A stretch of 63,065 bases of DNA, counting the filler, from Octopus bimaculoides (taxonomy: Eukaryota): assembly GCF_001194135.2 (NCBI RefSeq). It is 7 parts of 7 records of this genome, joined end to end, with 100 filler letters (N's around TTAATTAATTAA, not from the genome) between each part and the next. Parts side by side here need not be neighbours in the genome. Positions count along the whole stretch, not along the records: positions 48,827 to 54,188 come from NC_069005.1; positions 54,289 to 58,455 come from NW_026433850.1; positions 58,556 to 63,065 come from NC_068999.1; 4 more parts are not named here. One strand, given 5' to 3'. The notes under the pieces are model-generated. The model saw nothing but the letters and a program-made list of their open reading frames with translations, searched no databases and was not told the DNA's origin. Made by a program: the position numbers and the translations under genes. Positions 52,564 to 63,065 of this stretch are shown piece after piece; the stretch's first letter is position 1, and each line of letters starts with the position of its first letter.

Positions 52564-53730
52564 TCATCAGACAAGAGAGATAAATACGCGGATGATGCGT
52601 CTGTAATGGCAGAGGTGGTAATGATAAGGAAAAACCTCTTTGAGCTTAATTGGCCATAAACACACAAATACCGCGATTTAGCAGCGATGTAATAAATGTC
52701 ATCATTATATATAAATATACACATACATGAGCGGTTGTGTGCATATTCGTGTATACATATGTTTCTATGTAAATTTATGCGTATGTTTGCGTTCGTATAC
52801 ATCTTCAGTCATTTTCTATCTTCTATTTCGTTATTTTGTAGATGTCGTCTGCTTTACTCAATATTACAATTGACACTTGTGAGTAATGGATTTTCTCTTA
52901 TTTATCAAATCTATCCCTCACGTTCACGATTTACCTTATTCTTTTTATTATATCCCCCCACTCTACACACCATACATTCCAATTGATTTCCCTATACATA
53001 TGTGTATGCCTCTGTATATAAATACATATATATACGTACATATATATATGTATATATACATACATATATATAACTATATATTTACATATATATNNNNNNN
53101 NNNNNNNNNNNNNNNNNNNNNNNNNNNNNNNNNNNNNNNNNNNNNNNNNNNNNNNNNNNNNNNNNNNNNNNNNNNNNNNNNNNNNNNNNNNNNNNNNNNN
53201 NNNNNNNNNNNNNNNNNNNNNNNNNNNNNNNNNNNNNNNNNNNNNNNNNNNNNNNNNNNNNNNNNNNNNNNNNNNNNNNNNNNNNNNNNNNNNNNNNNNN
53301 NNNNNNNNNNNNNNNNNNNNNNNNNNNNNNNNNNNNNNNNNNNNNNNNNNNNNNNNNNNNNNNNNNNNNNNNNNNNNNNNNNNNNNNNNNNNNNNNNNNN
53401 NNNNNNNNNNNNNNNNNNNNNNNNNNNNNNNNNNNNNNNNNNNNNNNNNNNNNNNNNNNNNNNNNNNNNNNNNNNNNNNNNNNNNNNNNNNNNNNNNNNN
53501 NNNNNNNNNNNNNNNNNNNNNNNNNNNNNNNNNNNNNNNNNNNNNNNNNNNNNNNNNNNNNNNNNNNNNNNNNNNNNNNNNNNNNNNNNNNNNNNNNNNN
53601 NNNNNNNNNNNNNNNNNNNNNNNNNNNNNNNNNNNNNNNNNNNNNNNNNNNNNNNNNNNNNNNNNNNNNNNNNNNNNNNNNNNNNNNNNNNNNNNNNNNN
53701 NNNNNNNNNNNNNNNNNNNNNNNNNNNNNN

Positions 53731-53775
<45 letters not shown>

Positions 53776-53803
53776 TGTGTGTGCATAAACATATGTATAC
53801 ACC

Positions 53804-53855
<52 letters not shown>

Positions 53856-54155
53856 GTATATATACGTAAATATTTATGTATATGTATATATGTGTGTATA
53901 CAAGTATATATGTATATATATATGTATGTACATATATATACATGTATGTGTGTGTGTGTGTATACCTATATACCTTATGGTTCTCCTTGTCTAACCCTTT
54001 GCGGAAAACTGCTTTCGTTTATTTTTTACCTTTTCCTTCTTCACATTTTTTCCTAATTTTTCTTCATTCCTCTACTTTTCTGTCAACTTTCCACTCCAAT
54101 TACATTACCGGTTTTCTGTGTTCTTCAAAGCATGTGTATTTATCTGTATGTGAGC

Positions 54156-54188
<33 letters not shown>

Positions 54189-54386
54189 NNNNNNNNNNNN
54201 NNNNNNNNNNNNNNNNNNNNNNNNNNNNNNNNTTAATTAATTAANNNNNNNNNNNNNNNNNNNNNNNNNNNNNNNNNNNNNNNNNNNNTATATATATATA
54301 TATTCATGTTTATATATATATATGTATATATCTATGTATATGTACATGTATGTATGTGTGTATGAACATGTATACATGTATATATA

Positions 54387-54659
54387 GGGCGACGAGCTGG
54401 CAGAAACGTTAGCACGCCGGACAAAATGCTTAGCGGTATTTCGTCTGTCTTTATGTTCTGAGTTCAAATTCCACCGAGGTCGACTTTGCCTTTCATCCTT
54501 TCGGGGTCGATAAATTAAGTACCAGTTGCGTACTGGGGTCGATCTAATCGGCCCCCTCCCCACCAAAAAAATTTCGGGCCTTGTGCCTTGAGTAGAAAAG
54601 AATGTATGTATGTATGTATGTATGTATGTATGTATGTATGTATGTATGTATGTATGTAT
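54387..54659 (+). mobile_element. SINE family B (young) with (TGTA)n tail
   Basis: ggcgacgagctggcagaaacgttagc...gagttcaaattcc (B box-like)... Related copies at about 10526-10740, 17600-17760, 20680-20870, 26735-26880 and 51625-51690. Confidence 0.85.
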
Positions 54660-54763
54660 CTGTGTGTGTACATAGAGAGATATAGAGTGGCACGTAGGTG
54701 GATGGATGGATGGATGGATTGATGGATGGATCACACATACAAAAACACATACACATATAAGTA

Positions 54764-54981
54764 TAGAGGGTGCTGAAAAGTTCCAGGCTTTAAGGGGATC
54801 GCGAAAAGCCTGGCTGGAAGCCCAACCTTCCGAGTTCTTTGAAAGAGCTTAGAGAAGCTGAAGGACCGCAGCGATAAGTGTGTGAATCTGAGAACGGAAT
54901 CTGATGAATACAATCATAATTAACTGACCCTCCCGTATTATCTTTGTTCCTAAGCCCGGAACATTCCAGCACCCCCTCGTA
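54764..54981. mobile_element. Mariner-type MITE
   Basis: Ends tagagggtgctgaaaagttccaggctt ... aagcccggaacattccagcaccccctcgta are inverted repeats with TA termini. Confidence 0.7.
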
Positions 54982-56383
54982 CATGCACATAGCTATAATT
55001 TTGTGCGTGCCTTCGATTTTATCCTCAATTCCACAATTCCTCCCTTCATCGCTGGCATATCATTCTACATTTTCACATTGACTTACTCCAGAAAGTATAC
55101 ACACCTGAAACGTTAGACGCTAAACTTCCCGAGGCAATTAAACTTTCTTCTTGATATTTATCTATTTCTCCTTTGCAATGTCAACAACGTATATAATATT
55201 TTATATGATACTTTCTTTAAATATTTTCTTTACAATGATAAGTATATACTATATATATATATATGAATATATATGTATAAGTATTGATGAAACTGCAAAG
55301 ACGGTCTGGTACTCGACTGAAGATGGAAAGCTCCGAATGACCCGGCCAAGTCCTTTTTTTCTTGTCACCTGTAACGTTCTTGTTCCATTTTTTTGCTCTG
55401 CTTTTTTTACATATGCATGTGCATATACATACATACTTATATATATACATATATNNNNNNNNNNNNNNNNNNNNNNNNNNNNNNNNNNNNNNNNNNNNNN
55501 NNNNNNNNNNNNNNNNNNNNNNNNNNNNNNNNNNNNNNNNNNNNNNNNNNNNNNNNNNNNNNNNNNNNNNNNNNNNNNNNNNNNNNNNNNNNNNNNNNNN
55601 NNNNNNNNNNNNNNNNNNNNNNNNNNNNNNNNNNNNNNNNNNNNNNNNNNNNNNNNNNNNNNNNNNNNNNNNNNNNNNNNNNNNNNNNNNNNNNNNNNNN
55701 NNNNNNNNNNNNNNNNNNNNNNNNNNNNNNNNNNNNNNNNNNNNNNNNNNNNNNNNNNNNNNNNNNNNNNNNNNNNNNNNNNNNNNNNNNNNNNNNNNNN
55801 NNNNNNNNNNNNNNNNNNNNNNNNNNNNNNNNNNNNNNNNNNNNNNNNNNNNNNNNNNNNNNNNNNNNNNNNNNNNNNNNNNNNNNNNNNNNNNNNNNNN
55901 NNNNNNNNNNNNNNNNNNNNNNNNNNNNNNNNNNNNNNNNNNNNNNNNNNNNNNNNNNNNNNNNNNNNNNNNNNNNNNNNNNNNNNNNNNNNNNNNNNNN
56001 NNNNNNNNNNNNNNNNNNNNNNNNNNNNNNNNNNNNNNNNNNNNNNNNNNNNNNNNNNNNNNNNNNNNNNNNNNNNNNNNNNNNNNNNNNNNNNNNNNNN
56101 NNNNNNNNNNNNNNNNNNNNNNNNNNNNNNNNNNNNNNNNNNNNNNNNNNNNNNNNNNNNNNNNNNNNNNNNNNNNNNNNNNNNNNNNNNNNNNNNNNNN
56201 NNNNNNNNNNNNNNNNNNNNNNNNNNNNNNNNNNNNNNNNNNNNNNNNNNNNNNNNNNNNNNNNNNNNNNNNNNNNNNNNNNNNNNNNNNNNNNNNNNNN
56301 NNNNNNNNNNNNNNNNNNNNNNNNNNNNNNNNNNNNNNNNNNNNNNNNNNNNNNNNNNNNNNNNNNNNNNNNNNNNNNNNNNN

Positions 56384-56434
<51 letters not shown>

Positions 56435-58197
56435 TGTGTGTGCGTGTGTGTGTGTGTATGAATGTATGTATGTATGTATGTATATATAGTATATAGTGCA
56501 TATATTATAAAATATATCTCAAAAACAAATAGTTCCTATTATGCAAAAGTTTCGTTAGTCCAAATAGATTCAACATTCCGTAGCAAAACCGTTGCACTAC
56601 ACTTTGACAATTTTTGATATATTGGTATCTTAAGCAACTGGCGATAAAATAGTTTGACCGAAAGAAACGGCTATTGGAAGCAAAAGTAAATATTGTAAAA
56701 TACGCATTCGGCTAAATATATATATATATATANNNNNNNNNNNNNNNNNNNNNNNNNNNNNNNNNNNNNNNNNNNNNNNNNNNNNNNNNNNNNNNNNNNN
56801 NNNNNNNNNNNNNNNNNNNNNNNNNNNNNNNNNNNNNNNNNNNNNNNNNNNNNNNNNNNNNNNNNNNNNNNNNNNNNNNNNNNNNNNNNNNNNNNNNNNN
56901 NNNNNNNNNNNNNNNNNNNNNNNNNNNNNNNNNNNNNNNNNNNNNNNNNNNNNNNNNNNNNNNNNNNNNNNNNNNNNNNNNNNNNNNNNNNNNNNNNNNN
57001 NNNNNNNNNNNNNNNNNNNNNNNNNNNNNNNNNNNNNNNNNNNNNNNNNNNNNNNNNNNNNNNNNNNNNNNNNNNNNNNNNNNNNNNNNNNNNNNNNNNN
57101 NNNNNNNNNNNNNNNNNNNNNNNNNNNNNNNNNNNNNNNNNNNNNNNNNNNNNNNNNNNNNNNNNNNNNNNNNNNNNNNNNNNNNNNNNNNNNNNNNNNN
57201 NNNNNNNNNNNNNNNNNNNNNNNNNNNNNNNNNNNNNNNNNNNNNNNNNNNNNNNNNNNNNNNNNNNNNNNNNNNNNNNNNNNNNNNNNNNNNNNNNNNN
57301 NNNNNNNNNNNNNNNNNNNNNNNNNNNNNNNNNNNNNNNNNNNNNNNNNNNNNNNNNNNNNNNNNNNNNNNNNNNNNNNNNNNNNNNNNNNNNNNNNNNN
57401 NNNNNNNNNNNNNNNNNNNNNNNNNNNNNNNNNNNNNNNNNNNNNNNNNNNNNNNNNNNNNNNNNNNNNNNNNNNNNNNNNNNNNNNNNNNNNNNNNNNN
57501 NNNNNNNNNNNNNNNNNNNNNNNNNNNNNNNNNNNNNNNNNNNNNNNNNNNNNNNNNNNNNNNNNNNNNNNNNNNNNNNNNNNNNNNNNNNNNNNNNNNN
57601 NNNNNNNNNNNNNNNNNNNNNNNNNNNNNNNNNNNNNNNNNNNNNNNNNNNNNNNNNNNNNNNNNNNNNNNNNNNNNNNNNNNNNNNNNNNNNNNNNNNN
57701 NNNNNNNNNNNNNNNTGAAAATGCACTTATTTTTAAAATATTTATTTACTTAACCGGTTTCACTTTTTTAGAAAAAGATTATCAAAAGTTTTCGAGAATA
57801 ATAAAAAATGTTAAAAAACAGTTTGAGTATTAAAATGCATATATACATTCTTTGATGATAAAATATATTTAAAGTATAAAGCTTTGTATGAACTTTGTAG
57901 TGTTACATACTGATTATCACACATTCTCTGATAATAAGATGAAAATGTTAAAAACAGTGTATGAAAATACATATATGGAAAAGTATATATACATATTTTT
58001 TGATAATCGAAAAAAGTTGAGGAGGAACTGACCTGGCTTTTTTCTCTTGTGTATATTGAGGGAATGTTTTGCTATATATATATAGTTAATCAAATATATC
58101 CTTTGAGAATAGAGTGTTCTGGATTTCAGATATGTGCTCTTGATATGAGAAATGTCTAAAACCTTGAAGATATTTAGAGATTCAATTAGAACGATTA

Positions 58198-58426
58198 TAT
58201 ATTAGAAAGTAAAAGTGGGAAAAATTATATCACAAATATCACAGTAGAGACACGTCCATTATATAAATAATATTGTATTAATAAATAAAGTATAACTGAT
58301 TATTATTTAAATGATCATAGTTATACTGTATGTCTTTATTTATTGATACAATACTATTTATATAATGGACGTGTCTCTACTTTGATTTCTGTGATATAAT
58401 TTTTCCCACTTTTACTTTCTAATATA
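58198..58426. repeat. Long near-perfect inverted repeat (foldback/MITE-like)
   Basis: Arm 58198-58290 is the reverse complement of 58334-58426 with only a handful of mismatches. The spacer is itself partly palindromic (tataact...agttata). Confidence 0.9.
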
Positions 58427-58600
58427 CATACATACATACATACATACACACACACNNNNNNNNNNNNNNNNNNNNNNNNNNNNNNNNNNNNNNNNNNNNT
58501 TAATTAATTAANNNNNNNNNNNNNNNNNNNNNNNNNNNNNNNNNNNNNNNNNNNNATAAATATATATATATATATATGTATGTATCTATATATAAATATG

Positions 58601-58658
<58 letters not shown>

Positions 58659-59675
58659 TATAGATAGATAGATAAATAGATAGATAGATAGGTAGATAGA
58701 TATATACACTTGTTTGTGTTTTCAAGTAATTATACTTCGTTGAATTTATTGTGGCTCTAGCATATATATTTTTCTTGGTACAACTTGGAGTCAGAAGCGT
58801 ACAAGACTTTCCATATTCATGCACACTTAAATAGGAACAAGAATTTAATTTCCGAATTATGGCTTTATTCATCTGCTTACAATTTGACTTTACATTCTTG
58901 AATACCGAAAAAATTATAGTCTAACATGTAAACTGCACTGCTTATTGATATAATTCGGTGTGTTTCATGTTAAATGTCATCATTATTTTATATTTTGCAA
59001 TAAAAACTAAAAAAGAACACAGCATGTTACAGGCAGTCATATGTTATTGCAGATATAAATAAGATGGCGAACTGTAGGATTTTATTTCCAGTGACCTCTT
59101 CGACATGACAAATGTCAGATAGATCAAGAATCACAATATTTCAAAACTATGGCTAATAAATTTATAGTACGTGATTCCAACATACGAATGACGGAATAAA
59201 GAGCGTTTCGTCTATAAAATTATTACCTAAACAAAAATAAAACGAATAGTATATCATTAAGGTACTTTCAATGTTCATTTATGAATATGCTATATCGTTA
59301 TCATAGAATGCACATAGAAAGACGAATGTAAGAGCACAATAGCACAGTTAGTAACCAATACCTGCTCAGCACTAATTTCCAAGCATTTCGTAATCACGTG
59401 ACGAAGTGACTAGCAGCATTAAATTGGGTATAACGGAAAAAGTATAGCATTTATGAATTCAGTGAAATTCTACGAAATACCTCATTCAATCATAGACGCT
59501 ATTTGTCAAACTAACCTACAACTAAACAACAGATCTAAACAGAATTTGCAACAGTGAATGTTAAATTTAAATGTTTGAAAATTACTTCGCAACGCATAGA
59601 AATATGGATTATATATTCAAAATCATGAACCACCTTTTATTACAAAAATACCATTATTGTGCATCAAAATACACA

Positions 59676-59718
<43 letters not shown>

Positions 59719-59872
59719 NNNNNNNNNNNNNNNNNNNNNNNNNNNNNNNNNNNNNNNNNNNNNNNNNNNNNNNNNNNNNNNNNNNNNNNNNNNNNNNNNN
59801 NNNNNNNNNNNNNNNNNNNNNNNNNNNNNNNNNNNNNNNNNNNNNNNNNNNNNNNNNNNNNNNNNNNNNNNN

Positions 59873-59928
<56 letters not shown>

Positions 59929-59969
59929 CGGACAGAACGATAGATATGACATATACATGCATACATACA

Positions 59970-60013
<44 letters not shown>

Positions 60014-60822
60014 TATTCGTGTGATCGTGTATGATTTGGGGAAAGCGTTTATAAAAATATACGAATTTTACATATGTATGCGTGTATTTAGGTATATTAT
60101 GTTGGCATAATTTAGAAAGATATAACTGCATAAACTGTACATGTCTCGTTCAGATCGTTATATTTACATGCATTGTTGTATATTCCTGAATATATCTGCG
60201 ACATATATGATATTAAAACGTTCAACTTTCCTATCATAATTGTATTTATCTTCTCTACAGTTGAGAAATCAATGTTTCATCTCATATTCTTTGGTATTAT
60301 TGATTATAGCATTATCAATTTTTTCATGGCATCAAACATTGTTACATCTAATCTGCTTTCATGTTTCCCTCTCATGCTTTGTAGAGTATGTCTAGATCCA
60401 GTTATAATACGCACACGGACATTATTAAATTAATGTTATCATAGGTGTATACATATGCACGTGTGTGTATGTGTGTGTGCACGTGTTTCTATATGTGTGT
60501 GAGTTTATACATGCGAGTGTATTTGCGTACGTTTTATGAATGAAAACTATATAGAATTGAAATTAATCATTGCAAAGAGCAATACAATACAATTTAACCG
60601 TATACTTTTTTTTTTATGAAGCAATTAGATAACAGTTATCATCATCGATTTACGATTTCTCTAGTCGGTCTACAAAATTTCCGATGTCATATCAGAAAAG
60701 CAATACTTTAATTTAAATATAAAAAATAAAAGCTATTCTATGAGATGAACATAGTTTCGAAATAGATGTATTTACTGACTGATACTTAATACTGCACCTT
60801 CCCATAGTTGCCAACATGAAGA

Positions 60823-60853
<31 letters not shown>

Positions 60854-62800
60854 NNNNNNNNNNNNNNNNNNNNNNNNNNNNNNNNNNNNNNNNNNNNNNN
60901 NNNNNNNNNNNNNNNNNNNNNNNNNNNNNNNNNNNNNNNNNNNNNNNNNNNNNNNNNNNNNNNNNNNNNNNNNNNNNNNNNNNNNNNNNNNNNNNNNNNN
61001 NNNNNNNNNNNNNNNNNNNNNNNNNNNNNNNNNNNNNNNNNNNNNNNNNNNNNNNNNNNNNNNNNNNNNNNNNNNNNNNNNNNNNNNNNNNNNNNNNNNN
61101 NNNNNNNNNNNNNNNNNNNNNNNNNNNNNNNNNNNNNNNNNNNNNNNNNNNNNNNNNNNNNNNNNNNNNNNNNNNNNNNNNNNNNNNNNNNNNNNNNNNN
61201 NNNNNNNNNNNNNNNNNNNNNNNNNNNNNNNNNNNNNNNNNNNNNNNNNNNNNNNNNNNNNNNNNNNNNNNNNNNNNNNNNNNNNNNNNNNNNNNNNNNN
61301 NNNNNNNNNNNNNNNNNNNNNNNNNNNNNNNNNNNNNNNNNNNNNNNNNNNNNNNNATATATATATATATATAAGTATACGTAGTGCATATACGTATATG
61401 TATATATATATATACACACGCATTTGTGTCTGGGCATGTGTGTGTATGTATGTACGTGCATGTGTCTTTCCATGTAGTAGACAATTGGTGAAGTTTCTTT
61501 GATGAGTTATTCAGTGTGCTTGCAGTTAGATCGTTTTATTTATGGTATTAATTTGTTACAATTTAACATTTTTACTGGTTTCTATATTACGTTATGTTTT
61601 ATACATTTTATAATAATTTTTGAAATTTTAGTTTTATTTTTGATGAGCAATTTACTCGGTTAATTTATTTTCTATAATTAGACATATTTAATATATATTG
61701 ATCTATGTTTGTTTGTTTTTCCGTTGTACAACTTTTGTGGAAACTAGTTTATATAGGTTACATTCTAGTGTGTTGTCACGTTGGAATATATTATAGAATG
61801 AAAAACAGCATATCAATTAGTCTATGATCGCTAGTTAATCTACATGTTTGATGTTGTAGATCTATTGTACACATAATGTAATATATCAGATGTTTTGAAG
61901 CTTTTCTTCAATACGTATATTTCGCTAGTTCTATTTCGTATTATGGATTTGGGGTCACGAATATCCGTTTTTGAAGCAATTTCTACGTGTAATAGAGACG
62001 TAATTTATCATCTCTATCTTTGTACTTATATGTTGACACTATTTTGTTTATAAGGGAATGTGTTATTCATATTAATAACGTGTCGTGTTAAGGACCTAGA
62101 AACACAAGTGAATTTCTCTCACACTTGTCCTAACATCGGTTGAAATGGAATCGTATTATGCACCAACGAATATACGAATATAATCTGTCGTTATAAACGT
62201 ATACGTATATGGATATGTACATGTATATATAATTGTGTATGTAATGGTAGGTGTAAGTAGATGGAGAGAAGTGTATAGTTATGTATGCTACGAGGAGAAT
62301 TGTATGAGTCAAAAAGAATAGGGAAGGAAAGAAGAAAGATAGAGGAAGAAATAATAAACAAAAGAGAGCTAGATGGTGGTCAAGATATTGTGAGGGTGTG
62401 GAAGAGAAGGTTTTATCAGGATAAAAAGAATAGGGGGTGACAGAAGGAAGAGAGATGAATGTAAAGAAGGAATATGTGTGAGTTGTGGGACGGTGAGGTG
62501 ATATGCTTGAAAGGGACAAGCTGGGGTATAAATAACGAAAATTGCACGGTGGGAGTGTTCTAAGGTGTGTTGTAAAGCTCAGAAATGAAGGCCAGAATAA
62601 TAATATATAATGGTAAAGTATCTAAACATAGACATAGTTCTTTATTGTACAAGTGATATTGAGGGCTGATGAATCAGAGAGGGAAAGAAAGATGTATGTT
62701 TAGATATACTCACGCGCGCACACATATACATATCAATGTGTATATGCACTCTTATATAGGCCCACATACTTATGTGCCCATACCCATACGCATATCTGCA

Positions 62801-62836
<36 letters not shown>

Positions 62837-63065
62837 CAATGTTAATTCTCTAAATGAAGTATTAACAGTAACTGCACGATAAAGTGTAGTATATTGCCAC
62901 TTAAGTGTGGCTGACCCCTAGGGGTGGATGTTACTGTTGCTTTTAGCCCCAGGAGGACATCTCCTCCAGCTGGCTTATCGACACACGACTGTGTCCTGTT
63001 TGCCAAGGGAGTTATCCCTCTCACCCCGACCAGCAGCACGAACGTATCCGGATTTCAGGGTTATT

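Noticed and set aside
52571-52659. KYADDASV resembling the RT YADD motif
   Set aside because: No surrounding RT motifs and the frame closes after about 29 codons; likely chance.
8431-58511. Six identical TTAATTAATTAA 12-mers that could look like a spaced repeat system
   Set aside because: Each is centred in a 100-nt N-padded gap; this is a scaffolding linker, not biology.
62905-63065. GC-rich segment at the window end
   Set aside because: Probably the start of another interspersed repeat, but truncated by the window edge and not classifiable here.

Overview
This is AT-rich eukaryotic (animal) genomic DNA from a gappy draft scaffold, not a prokaryotic window. I found no operons, CRISPR arrays, rRNA or convincing tRNA genes. 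The repeat families (tRNA-headed SINEs with internal microsatellites, RTE LINE fragments, Penelope, mariner and piggyBac MITEs, dense microsatellites) look like an octopus/coleoid cephalopod genome; this is an inference, not a database result. Most of the supplied ORF track is microsatellite or N-gap noise. Well-supported content: decayed mariner, Tx1/L1, RTE and Penelope elements, many SINE copies and several MITEs with readable TIRs and TSDs, some nested. There is one plausible first coding exon (minus strand, 45625-45792) whose translation resembles the N-terminal half of a degenerate Nudix fold. Low-confidence candidate internal exons lie on both strands in a CpG-poor block at about 11.7-41.7 kb. 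The most interesting points are (i) a Penelope 3' end carrying a tRNA-like Pol III cassette followed by a degenerate minimal hammerhead ribozyme, (ii) a strand-skew flip at an assembly join that may split a Nudix-like gene across strands, and (iii) inverted repeats that could form dsRNA. I found no firm evidence for a wholly new system.
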